Of a stretch of DNA of 64,000 nucleotides, positions 20,201-32,496 are shown one piece after another. The notes below the pieces were generated by a model that was not told the DNA's origin, searched no databases, and was given only the letters and a program-made list of their open reading frames with translations. A program made the position numbers and the translations under genes. This stretch comes from Zygnema circumcarinatum SAG 698-1b (lineage: Eukaryota > Plantae > Zygnematophyceae). The number at the start of each line of letters is the position of its first letter. Within the stretch, counting starts at the first letter, position 1. Location of the stretch: assembly GCA_037447605.1 (NCBI GenBank), contig CM074804.1, forward strand, positions 3,010,252 through 3,074,251, written 5' to 3'.

Positions 20201-23103
20201 GATGTGGTCGTTATCAGAGTCATCCGTGGGTTTACTTGTGTTCCTCAGTCACACTTTTACCAGCTGGGCCGATACACCAAGTTGTACTTATGGAGAAAGC
20301 ATAGTGGTGACTGCGGAAATGATGTATTGAGTGAGGATATCTGTTCTACTTCCATGGCATTTTTTGTTGATTCATCAGTAATCTAATACTGTTCGCCATC
20401 CCATTTAAGCACCCAATAGCTGCACGTTGTAGGCAGAATGAAAATTACTTCTGATGCAGGCTATCCTGACTGTTTTTTCGGACGACTTGCAGGCTGTCTG
20501 GAAGGTCAGAATGCCCTGAAGTTGGGGACTTGCTGGGATGGCAGCTGAGTTCTTGCAGGTGAAAGAGATGGAGCCGCGCGCTCAGGTCCTCATAGAACTT
20601 TTGGAAGCCAAAAACCTAAAAGCATCTGATTCCAACGGTAAGCTGTTTGGGCCTTTCTGTCGCGTACTTTCTCCTCCATTTCCTCCTGAGGAGTTCCAGA
20701 GATGGGCTTGAGTTCTCTCTTTGCGGTGGAAAGTTAAGAATGGAAGCTTGTCTAACGGGAATAACTAATCTATGCAGGCTTTTCCGATCCATATGTGAAG
20801 GGAGCTCTTGGAGCGGCCAGATTTAAAACGAATGTGAAGCGGAAAACTTTGTCTCCCCAGTGGTTTGAGGAATTTCGTGCGCCAATTCCTAGCTGGGAAA
20901 AACCGAACCTTCTGGTTTTGCGCGTGCGGGACAAAGACATGTTCAAGTCGGACGAGCTCGGGTGAGGGGACCCTGATCTCAAAGAAGTAAATTTGGACCT
21001 CCTCAAGTTCTTGGAATATGCTCAAAAGACTCTCGCTTTCACCCTCCCCTCACTCTCCCTCCGTCCTTTCCTCCCTCACCCCCTCTCCGCGTCCCTCGTC
21101 TCTCCTCCCATCTCCCTCCTCCTCTTCCACCTCCCCTTCCCAGCCCCCTCCCCTTTCCCCTACTCCTCCCCCTCTCCTTCCTCCNNNNNNNNNNCCCCCC
21201 CCCCCCCCCCCCCCCCCCCATCCCCCGTCACCACTTCCTCACTCCTCTCTTTCTATCTCTCGCTGATTGTCTGTCTGTCTGTCTGTCTAATCTCTCTGTC
21301 TGTCCCACTCGTGCAGTGAGAGCAATGTCTATGAAAATCTGACTGGTTAATGCATTCCTGTGGCGTGGTCGCAAATTTTTCATCAGATATTGCGTGTTGG
21401 ACTTAAGCCGCTACAGAGGAGGGCAGCGGATTGAATTTTGGGAAGAACTGAAAACCGTGAAGACAGGGAAACTCCGTTTAGCCATCACCATTATTGAAAA
21501 TGACAAGCATGAAATGGCGGATGGATCGTCTGCACAGATTCCTTCAGGTACAAATTTACAGGAGGAGAACAGGCTAAAGGATTCCGTTTTCAATTCTACA
21601 GCTCAAATTCTGGGAGAGACTGCAAATAGTGGTACGAGAGCTTTGACAGGGAGTGAGAACATTTCGAACAGTAGCACACAAATGACTATCTCCGCATCTG
21701 CTCAAGCGAAGGGGCTTGGCTTCAATCCAAGAGATCACGCAGGACAAGGGCAGGAGGACGTACAGAATATGGCAGAGGTTTTCAAGAGAGAAGGAAAGCA
21801 GGAAAGGGCTGGCAAAACAGAGAGTTTGGTGAAGGAAGACTCAGAGAAAAAGCATGCGGCAAAGAATTCCACTAAAATAGGGATACTTATAGAAGAAAAA
21901 TCGACTAATTTGGAATCTAGAAACGCTCTTCGCTCGGTTGGTTCCTTGGAAGAGTGGAAAGATTTGACAAGCATGCAGATGTCATCACGAAATCGCACTG
22001 TCACCTTCCCTTCTGGATCTGCAAAAGGTAGTGAAGAGTACCGCCTCTTGTTTCCACGTCAGGCTAGTAAGAGTGCCCCTGTGACCCCAATTTGCACCTC
22101 TCCATCCCTCTCACCAAGGAGCACCTCCTCCACGCCCACAGCCTCCCACTCAGCTGAGTGGAAGGCTGTGGAAATCGAGCAGTCGAGAAAGAGTACTGGT
22201 GATGAACCGGGAATGGGATTTTTTAACTATTTCGACGCCTGGACAAAGGGTAAAACGTCGGTATCGCCTCCTTCACAGGCTTCCTCTAGAGGCAGCCACT
22301 CTCCCACTTTACGTCACAGCTCCGCTTTTTCTCCTCAGAGAGGCCAACCTCCCTTTGGCAGTAGTAAAGAAGTTGACCAGAAGATTCCTGTGTTGAATTC
22401 TACTCCCGCAGTGGAGGTAACCCATCTGGGAGAATATTGCAGAGTGAAGGATGAAACCGAAGTTGTTGATGTTGGTGTGGGACCTCCTGGCTTTGTGACA
22501 CTTGTAAGGCCGGGAGAGGGTGCAACTGATTTAGAATATAAAGGGAGAACAGGGGGAAGGAGGAGTGAGGCAGCAGCTCGGGCAGGGTATTTAGAGGGAG
22601 AGGGACGGAAGAGCATACTAGAGGCTGCCTTGGAGACCTTGACAGGAAAGCATCCGCATGCCGAAGGGGACTTTGATGCTAAGGGAGTGACCTGTACATG
22701 GAGGGGAGAAGAGACCGCTTTGGAGGACCTTGACAAGTGGGATGAAGATACGACAAAACCGGAGAAGAAGAAATGGAAAGCTGGGGGTTCGAAGAAGCAG
22801 AAAGAGAGTATTGTGGATGATGGGAAGGAGAGAGGCAGTTCAAGGAGCTTGAGCAGTGCCTCTGCAGGGAATGCTGTCCTATTAGCGCACAGTGGATGGA
22901 TGGAGGGTCAGGATACTCTACATACGAGAAGGGAAAAGCAGGAGATGGAAGAGGAGAGAGTGGAGGATAAGGGGGCTGTTGTTCCATTGGACGATGACAT
23001 TGATGAGGGCATTCAAAGCTTGAGATCAAAGGCTCGCACCAAAAGGAACATGGTAATGAAGTCTATCGATGCCGTTACTAATGTCTTCAGGAAATCATCG
23101 TAA
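17244..23103 (+). CDS. NTMC2T6: N-terminal TM + SMP + C2 domain protein (NTMC2T6/At1g53590 type) with long disordered C-terminus, 9 exons, ~1028 aa
   Basis: Exons 17244..17600, 18144..18362, 18583..18678, 19267..19398, 19609..19761, 19944..20079, 20545..20637, 20778..20961, 21387..23103 (3087 nt in frame). Motifs: SESETVRWLN, PWFFDKYRPW, ELPGISGWL, EPNMLVVDV, KASDSNGFSDPYVKG, KTLSPQWFEEF, KTGKLRLAITI. The start codon and the exon 7 acceptor are the least certain points. Confidence 0.9.
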
Positions 23104-24025
23104 CAGTTCACTTGCAGATAATAGAAAGTCCTCGAACGTGAGGAGACGCTCAGAGAGGGAGAAGGTTGATGTAGTGGAGTCTGGCATCTTTTGGAATGAG
23201 CCTTTTGTGGAGAACATCTCATGCGCTGGTCTTGCATTGTGTGGGTCAAGGCATGCGCCCGCATGCGCACCCATCGCTAGACCTCTGTCGTAATTGTCCA
23301 TCATTGCTAGGGCTTCAAGGTGATGTAAAGTGTCCTTTCTGAAGATTTGTACGTATCAGGTGTGATGTTGGAGGGACTGTCTGTTTAAAGGGTCCAGACT
23401 AGGTGCTTGCATTCGCATTTTGCAATGCTGGTGAAAAACCAGTGCATGGGGACAGCAATGGGACCGTCAAACGTGTGACACTGGTTAGTGTGCAGTTATA
23501 CATATGTCTGTACGGTTTTAGAACAAACTTCGACACTCATTGCTGTCTGGAAAATGTGGATGGGTTACGGTCTATCTTTTACGGTATTCTGCCTGAAAAG
23601 CTTTGAACCAGCTTATCAACGACTTTCGTAAAGTGGAGTTCGAAACTAGTACGTGTTTCCGCTAATTTTCTTAGCAATGAGATAGAAGTACTGCTTCCAA
23701 ACCCCTACGATTTTTTGATTGATATGCCCTTCTACGGTTTGGTAATCTTGAATGAAAAGTAGAGGATTTGCCTGCTGCTGTTTTGAAAGTAGTATTCTTT
23801 ATTCTGCTGTTGTGAATCACAATGTGGGAACCACGTACTAAGTTCGAAGTATGATCTTGATTGACCAGCTTTTCTATGATACCTGAAATTCCTTCGCTTG
23901 CTTTGGTTTCAACTGTCAATGCCGTAAGGCCCGCAACGTCGACTTCTCATCCATGTCGCTTGTGCCGCTGTCCTCTGCACGTAGGGCACTTTTCCAGCTT
24001 ACTGCACGGCCGAGTCGCGTCCTCA

Positions 24026-24117
24026 CTAGGGATCGATATTATAACGCAGTGTCGTGTTCTAGAATTCCAGTAAAATGTTCTAAGAGTAAGGCCGTTTCAT
24101 AGAACACTTTTAGAATG
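24026..24117 (-). repeat. Dispersed repeat block A (copy 2), ending CTAG|T on the minus strand
   Basis: Reverse complement aligns with 3995..4086. Confidence 0.8.
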
Positions 24118-24147
24118 CCGTACAACAGAATTTTCGAAGAAAGCCGA

Positions 24148-25320
24148 AGAATTCTACTGCACCCCCTATTTTGGCTTTCGCACCCCCCTTTTGAAAATTT
24201 TGCCTGCCCGTTTTGGTTGCCTGCCCGTTTTGGTTACCCCCCCTGTTTTGACTATTTCGGGAGGGAATCGTTTTCCCGTCCCCTCCCCTCCGCTCCCCTC
24301 CCCTCCCTTGCCCTGTCCTCCTCGGCCCTCCCCTCCCGCCCGCTCCCCTCCCCTCCCCCCCTCCCCCCCTCCTTCCCCTACCCTGTCCTCCCCGGCCCTC
24401 CCCTCTCGCCCACTCCCCTCCCCTCCCCTCCCTTCCCCTCCCCTGGTCTGCCCTCCCGTGCCCTCCCCACCTCTTTTTTTGGATATTCCACCCCCCTGTT
24501 TTCTCCTTTTCACTACTAACTTCCAACATTGTGCGAAAAAAGAAAAGGGGATTTGCATTGATCTCAATATGGTGAGGCCATCAAATGAACATGGACGAAG
24601 TCAACATGGGAACCACAGGAAACTGGTCGCAAATGAACTAAGCACAAAATAATAAAAAACTATGAGTAAAAAACTAAACTAAACTAAGCTTAAGCGCAAA
24701 AACGCAGCCCTAAACGCAGCTGTAAAGGTTACCGATGTGGAGCAACTGTTACTCTTTGTTTTCAGGTTAGGATTGTAGACCCCCTAATTAGGCAAGATCT
24801 TAAGTTGTGGCCTGGTTGCTTGCAATTGAAACATTTTTTCCCCTCAGCGTACTCGAAACGGCTCTTGTCCCGGCTGATTGCCAAACTGCGCGCTAGTAAG
24901 TCGACCTCGTTTCTTCATAACCGGGTGGGGGTTTTGCAATTGCAATGGTTCGGCAGCCAAAAGTTCATCTACCTGAGATTCAAGGACCAACGCTTCTGAA
25001 GAATGGTTTGCAAACAACCTACTTGTTAATGCCTTGATTGTCATTGTCCGTCGTGATAACGATGATCCAACTTCAGCGGGAGGGGAGGGCCGAGGAGGAC
25101 AGGGAAGGGGAGGGGACGGGAGGGGAAGGGACGGGAGGGGAAGGGACGGGAGGGGAAGGGACGGGAGGGGACGGGAGGGGACGGGAGGGGAAGGGACGGG
25201 AGGGGCGGGAAAAAGATTCCCTCCCGAAATATTCAAAACAGGGGGGGTAACCAAAACGGGCAGGCAAAATTTTCACAAGGAGGGTGCGAAAGCCAAAATA
25301 GGGGTGTGCAGTAGAATTCT
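24148..25320. mobile_element. Non-autonomous foldback/MITE-like element with long terminal inverted repeats
   Basis: AGAATTCTACTGCAC...GGGAGGGAATC (24148..~24290) is the near-perfect reverse complement of ~25195..25320. Both arms continue inward as C/T-rich versus G/A-rich tracts. No coding capacity; no TSD found. Confidence 0.75.
24555..24642 (-). repeat. Dispersed repeat block B (copy 2), inside the foldback element
   Basis: Reverse complement aligns with 4102..4187 and 54603..54690. Confidence 0.8.
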
Positions 25321-26204
25321 CCCTCCAAAATTAGCGTACGTACCTTCCATGGCAGGAATCCTTAATCAAAACTGTTATTTTCCTTAAAAGTCAAGAAAAT
25401 CTCTGGCTTTTTGGCCCAACCGCAAAAGACGAGTGTAAAGTCAGTCCGTACGGAGGGCGGGAGCCGAAAAAGAATGCTGACGCATGTCGGTGGAGGGTTT
25501 TGGAGGCTGCGGATGCGACACGCTCGTGCCGCCCACCGGGGCGGGCTCGCAGCCAATCATTGCAGGACCTCGATAAAGTGGCAGACTCGACAATGTCAAG
25601 CCTATTTTATAACTTTATTGAGGCGCATCTCGGCGGCGGCAAGATTCGGCGGACCCGACCGTCCACCACGCGCGTGAAATATTCGGAAATTGTACGGACG
25701 CGCTGCACCGACAACATCGCACGTGTGAATCGAGGACAGGCGTACGTCCGGGGCCACGTGGCGGCACCGCGTTGACTGGCCGGGGCTGGGCGGGCGTTCT
25801 ATGGCGCGGTGTTCCACACGGAGCGAGGACGTACTCGCCGTTTTACTGGATGTGGAGCAGCGATGCTTTATTTCGTACATGTGGAAGGGAGGTCCTGGAT
25901 CCCCTGCATACGGAAGTTTGGTGAAGTCAAAGCATATTCAGAAGGTTCTGCTGGCTGCAGGCAGCGGCTGCAGGAAGGAGGGGGGCGCATTCAGGCAGCG
26001 ATTGCTATTGCATTTATAACATTGCAATGTTAACAAAACTTTCAGTATTGTCAAACTCATGCGTTGAATGATTCGTGGAGCAGAGAGCATAAAGCGGAGT
26101 GACACACTGGTTGAGCGCGTCTTTGCAGGCCTGAGATTAGGGTTTCTAGCAAGCTTGCAGGGTAAGCTTTTTTCAGGAAGAACTCCTCTTTGAAGAAGGG
26201 GGGC

Positions 26205-29200
26205 ATGGCGTCATCCAATGACGCCATGAATGCAGAAATAACCTTTGAAGCCCTGGACTCCCTGCTAGTAGGAGGCGACGACTGGATCTCTAATCTTCTG
26301 GAGGACTGTTCGGATGTGTTGCAATACGGCAGTGATAACGTCTCCAGTGACGTTTCACCCCAGTTGGCGTTTCCATGCGAGATGGATCTTGAAGCACATG
26401 GAAACGGAGATCTTTCTCCTTCAACGAGCGGCAGCGCTCCTCCCTGCAGCACTCTGACATCGCCGGAGCATGCAGGGAAGGAATCGGTTGCAGGTTTGGA
26501 ACCGCTGGAGATGATGAATGCAGAAATGTTTGCGGACGTGCCAAGCGCAGGAGGAGACACAACTTTAGATTCCACGTTCGCTCGCTTTAGTTGCAGGGTT
26601 GACGTCGTAGAACGGGGAACCTCGGGGCCATGCAACGCAACAGATAGCGGCTCCAAAATCTCTATAGTGGGCCGAAGTCCGGTGTTTTCAACGCGCGAAT
26701 TGCCTCGCTCTGAAGAGTTTGGAGAGAGCGCAATGAGGCAGAGAGCACAAGTAGAGAGGGGCGAAGAGGTGGCCCTCGAGCCGGTAATCAGGCACCAGGG
26801 AGAAGTTTTTTTTAAAAGTTGCACGAATGTGTATTATGATTGTGACATTGCGGACATTAAACCGGAAGGCATTCTCCTAGAGAGCTGTAATGGGTCTGCT
26901 GTTGAGGTGACAAGCAGTGGAGGCTTATCTTGCAATGAAAACGGCGGCTCGGATTCAGGACCACAAAATTCAGCTGCCGGAGGGGGGAAGAAGTCTCGCA
27001 AGAAAGGTGGGGACGATGGACGGGTGACGGTTGCAGACGGGAATGTGAAGGAGGAAGGTCACAGTGATGGAAGCGATGGTTGTAATGGAGATATGGACGC
27101 AGAGAAGAAGCAGGCGCGGTTGGTGCGGAACAGGGAGAGTGCACAGCTATCACGGCAAAGGAAGAAGGTGCAATACCGTTTGACAAGTTGCCCTTAATGC
27201 ATAATCTAAGATGGACCTCACTTCTGGACTTGCAGACAGTTGGCTTTTATTTTACTGTTTCTCAGGGGTGTCAATCATTAGAGGGCGTCGTATAAGGTTG
27301 TTCCAGAAAGGAAAGCAAGGGCGAAGGAAGGTTGGGCGAAATTTCCCCTCTTGCCGTTTTTGACGAAGGAGATTCGTTGGTTGGTGTTTGTCCTCCCCCA
27401 AGCACAATACGGCAAACCAAGTTTAGACAGTAGAACCTGCTGAACGCACTGCTGATGATGCTCAATTGTGAGGTTCTTGTTTTTCCTTTAGGGGATTGTA
27501 TTGTTGTTGACACTTCTGCCGACTTTTGCAATTGCAGTACTATGTGGATGAGCTGGAGAGTCGATTAAGGACGATGCAGGCGACTGTAGCAGAGCTGAAC
27601 ACAACAATTTCTCACCTCACTTCTGAAAATGTTAATCTTCGACGGCGCCTTGCACTTTATTGCTCACCAGCTGGTGTATCAGGAGGAAGACATGTTGGAC
27701 CCCCAATGATGCCTCTGTCCAATGGCATGGCTGGAGCTTATGGGCTTTACGGCATGCCTTCAATGGGGCTGCCAGGAGCTGTGCCTTCAGTTGCCATTCC
27801 GCGGTTGAAAGCAAATAGAAACCTCACAGCAGGAAAGGGTGCTAAAAGGTCGAAGGCATCTGCAGCTGCAGAGAAAGATGAGAGGGGAAAATCCAGGAAA
27901 CGCATAAAGTCTGCGGCAGGGGGTGCGGGTGTGGTAGCACTGGCGTTGTTTTGCTTTGCTATGGTATTCGGGCCTTTGCAAAGTGTGGATGACATTAGAC
28001 AAGAGGGCGCTTTCAGTGTAGTCAGCCTTTGGGAAGGTTCTAGGTCGTTGGGAAGTCAGACTGCACAGTTTTTAGGGGGTGGGCGTGGAGGAGGACGGGT
28101 TTTGATGTCTATTGAGGAGCCCCAACAATGGGCAAACGAGACTTTTGGGATGAAGGACGGAAACGGAAGTATTTGGGAAAAGAGTAATCTGAATGATGGT
28201 CACGAAAAGCTTCCATACACCCCTGCAAACAGAAAGAGTGGCGAATGGAGAGAAGGTGGGAGCGCCTTCGACAAGGAAAAGGCTCCTAGACAGACTCTGA
28301 CTGAAGCTTTGCCTGTTCCGGCTTCGCTTTTTGTTCCCCGAAATGACCAATTGGTGAAGATCGACGGAAATTTGATCATTCGGGCCATCATGGCGGGAGA
28401 CAAAGCAGCTTCTTTGGTCACTAGAAACACAGAGCAGGAGGAATCTGTGAAGCCTAGAGAAGAGGAATATGATGTAGGAAAGAACGCATTGAAAGCAGTG
28501 GAGATACAGCAGTTGAAAGCCATGGCTATGTTGGCTCTGGGGGGCAGCAAGGGCCGTGTGGAAGCTCTGCCATCCGCAAGCAAGTTGGCGGAATCAAATG
28601 AGGTGGAGGGAAAGCAAGGGGGACAGTGGTTCCTTGGAGGAGTTGCAGGTAATGAACTTCTATGCTTAATTAGATGTTGGCGATAATGTATGTCTGCCTT
28701 TCATCGTAGTTCTCGCCAACTCAGTCTTCTTCCTTTCCCTCCTCTTCTTTATGGCCAGCTTTTCTCAACAATTGCTTTTCAGCTGACCATGACCTGGTCC
28801 ATTAAACAATGTTGTTTGTGCTATGTGCAGGACCTATTTTGGGCTCCGAGAAATGCTTTGAGGTTTTTCGATTTGAGAAGTACCCTAACGCTCCCGTGAG
28901 GGCTGCAGAAGCAGAGGACTCGCACTCACACGATCCTCACAATAGCAGCCATGTCGCAGGAAACGATCCTGTTGTAGTCGAGGAGGTCCAGGGGAGGCTG
29001 GGTGGGAGGAGACTGGGCCGCAGGAGGTACTCAGCAGCCGTACCTCTCCCTCCCGTTGCTTCAAAGAATGAGTCCGTTTCTAGTGTGAAGGAAAGCCATG
29101 ACATGATTCGGAACTGTGATGGGGATGGTCCCTGTAGGAAGGAGAAGAGGCATAAGTCTATGGTTGTCTCTGTTCTGGCGAGCCCCTTTGAAGCCGCAGA

Positions 29201-29363
29201 TCACAGAGAACCAAGCGAAGATCGGCCAAGGGATGAGGGCCAAGCAAGAAGTAGTATTTCGCGAATTTTTGTGGTAGTCCTCGTGAATGGAGTCAAGTAC
29301 ATAACCTACTCCTGCATGCTGCCCACGCTGGGAGCGGGAAGTACTTCTTTGTCGCAGACCTGA
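26205..29363 (+). CDS. bZIP17: ER membrane-tethered bZIP transcription factor (bZIP17/28/49 family), 3 exons, ~868 aa
   Basis: Exons 26205..27167, 27538..28648, 28831..29363 (2607 nt). Basic region KKQARLVRNRESAQLSRQRKK|YYVDELE plus zipper, TM segment near 27913..27975, RVLM, luminal VPASLFVPRNDQLVKIDGNLIIRAIMAGDKA and C-terminal SRIFVVVLVNGVKYITYSCMLP. Confidence 0.93.
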
Positions 29364-30147
29364 GACCTCGACCGGCTGCTTTGGAGGAAGCAGGCTGGAA
29401 GACGCTTCGAAGGGGAATTTTTGCTTCATGTAGTGCGGATTTTGAATGGCCCTGGTTGTAAAGTAAAGGACTGAAGCTTTATGCGTCCTTTGTTGACCTT
29501 ATCAAATGTAGCGGCATTTTCGAACCCGGTCGCTAGTTACTGTGACTTGGACTTTGACAGAGAGCTCTGCTTTTCTAAGTTGTAATCTAATCCGATATTG
29601 CAATGCTGTCAGGGGGTTGGGATTTAGGGGTCAGAGCAATTTCTTATGTCCGAATTCACCATGTGGCTCTAAATGCTGCAGTTTCGCCACTTGCCTTTGT
29701 GAAGTGCTGGTATGTGATTCCATGTCTGCAGACACAACACAAAAAAAAGCAAGTAATGCTCCGCTTAAGGATTGAGAAAGATTTTCTACGTCCACGTTAT
29801 GGCCTCCTGAGTTTGATGACGTTGAAATTTAGCACTGCTGCTGTAGCTCCAATGGAGGCAGAATAGGCACGTTGAACCCAAATGTACTAATTGTCTGAAT
29901 TTTCTCCTACGAACTAGGGAAAAAATGATCCTATTGGTCTCGGAGGAATCTTACCTACAAAGGGGACGCCACCCAGTTTTGACTATGCTATGAGCATTTC
30001 GGACAGGCCCTCTGCTAATCAAAATTCCTTTCATAGAACGCCCCCGCCTAAATGAAATGTTGGAAAAGTGTTTCCTCTTCAAAAGGTAATCGAGACTAAC
30101 AATCTCTGCAATTTCCGCAAATTTTGCGCAGTGAAAATAGAGCTTCT

Positions 30148-32069
30148 CTAATCCTGAACAGTCGCCCTGATAATCTTCACGTCCTGAACAGGTCTGCACA
30201 TCAATCAAAAGAAGGTTCATGAGACACATGGACACGACGCAGCATTCCTTTGCTTGCTTGTTTTAGTATGTGCCGAAGCAGAAGAACAAACAAGGAAGAT
30301 TTCGAAGATACACACTGTTCTCACTAACATAATCCTCAAGTGAAATCACGCAATAGACTGAAATGATAGTCCAGCATGTCCTTACCGATCGTGCTTGTCA
30401 GTTTGCACATTCCCCATGCGCCTCACTACCTCCATGCCATGCTTCACGCGGCCAAAGATGGTATGCTTGCCTGCATGGCAGGCCAATGTCCAATTCAATT
30501 GCAACCAACTCCTGTTGTACAGAATTTCTGCATGCATCGACTCGTATTGAAGGGATGAAGATGTGGGCCACTGCGGCCCACCCCCAACCAGCAAGAAGAT
30601 GCTCTTCTAAAATTGATAACTTGCATCTGAGAGTGAGGGGTCGCATGTCGTTCATTACCATCAAGCCATGGGGTTGGCGCCAGTGTGAGAAAAAATTGGC
30701 TGCCGTTTGTGTTTGGTCCTGCATTTGCCATAGAGAGGACGCCTGCGCCTGTGTGCTTCAAGTCTCGCGTAATCTCATCCTCAAACTTAGCACTGGAGGA
30801 GAACAAAATAAAAAAGAGGAAGAGAATAAGAAAAATGCATTGACTCGACGCCCGAGAGTATGAAGTGATTTAAGCGGATAACTCAAGGGGTTCTCAATGT
30901 TGACCAGACGTAAACGGGAGTTCCAAAGCATTACAGAGTGCTTGTGTGCTCCAGCAGAATAATTTCACCTACAGATTGCTTCCTCTAGGTTGATTATTTC
31001 AAATAACTTTACCACCTACTTTAACGACCGTCTGCTTTCAATGCTTCGAGAAAAACGAACTTCGAAGGGTAACTTCCATTGGCCTAGTGGTCAAAGCTCT
31101 GAAGCCATAGTTCCTGAATACCCAAAAATCACTAAAACTTGCAGTGGGTGTGCAGGGGAGAATTTGAGCTTTCCAAAAGTACATTTTTGAAGAAGCATTA
31201 CCACCTACCCGTATATGGATTCGCCTCCTCGTCCAGTTCCAGTCGGATCTCCCCCTTGCACCATGAAGTCCTGCCAAGGGATGCCTTAAACCCTCTGAGA
31301 AGGCTGCCCTGCGCACACAACATCAGACTTGCTGGCTCACCAAGACACTTCTCATATCAACATCAGATATCAGCGACCCTAAAACACTTTTTCGCGACAC
31401 AAAAAAAGGATGCTAGAGTTTTGCCTTGGCAAGGTTCAACAAATAGCAAATGTGTGCAAATTCTCTTTTATCCAAATCATGATGAGTTTGATCTACTTGC
31501 ATTTCAAGCGAGACCATGAACATCCTAAAAAACAGTACCTTTATCACCCTGTGAATGACTGTGCCGTTGTAGTACCCTCTTCTTGCAAGCTCTGCGAAAT
31601 TGCGGCAGGTTTTTGGGGCATGATTTTTGTAAAGCTGCAAGCACAGAGAAGTCATAATGGACTTATCAACGGATAAGAATAAGGAATGACTTCATGCATC
31701 ATCGTAATGCAAAGCGAAATCACCTATATCATGAAATCCAACATGCGACAAATTCCCACAATGCAAAAATTCTTATTCCATCCTTGCAGCAGTAGCTGCT
31801 CAATCGTCCCCTTACATGTTACGATAAGTAGATGACGCAAAGGCATCAACTTAGTTCTAGCTCTTTTCAGAGAAACATGCAGAATATGAGTTCCGTACAC
31901 GTGAGCATCAGCAGACGCCTGAATGAGCCTTTCATCAGTTCACACACTCAAGGTGATGCTTATGCTTACATCACGCAGCTTATTCAAGTTTCACTCAAAT
32001 ACGCTGTACCTCTAAGGTGATTGATCCCATGCTCGTTTCCAGGGAAACTTCCACTGTTTCCGAAGCCAT
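30148..32069 (-). CDS. PPIL1: Cyclophilin-type peptidyl-prolyl isomerase, PPIL1/CYP18-2 type, 6 exons, 160 aa
   Basis: Exons complement(32010..32069, 31539..31634, 31209..31270, 30659..30792, 30386..30470, 30148..30193), 483 nt. Motifs: [65 protein letters not shown]. Confidence 0.95.
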
Positions 32070-32496
32070 CACAAGCTGATTAAGAGAAGAACAGGAGAAT
32101 GAAATAGAACGAATAACGGAGAAATGTTTCAAAATGAAAAAGGAACACAGGACGTGGTAACACGAGCAGGGAAGGACAGGCAGGGGAGCAGAGCAACAGA
32201 CAAGCCTCTGTTGATCGCTTTCTCTTGGAGATCCACCAAAATCAACATCTCGTATCCGCCAGTCGCCAGCCCCTCTGACACCGTTGAACCCCGGGGACAA
32301 GGTAGACCCAATGGATCTCAGGTAGATCTGGGGTTTTAAAGTTGACGTTGTTCATAGTGAATCACAAGATGTTGAACCAAGGCAAAGTTGATCTACTTCG
32401 TACAACTGGCAATGTCGTCGTCCCCTCCTTCAGCTCCTCGTTACTCACTTATCTTTTTTTTAAAGTTGGAAGTAATCTTCAATCATATTTGCAGCC

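Noticed and set aside
24110-25387. Gly/Arg- and Pro/Ser-rich ORFs over the foldback arms
   Set aside because: Translations of low-complexity G/C tracts.
26057-26824. 255-aa minus-strand ORF
   Set aside because: Antisense shadow of bZIP exon 1.
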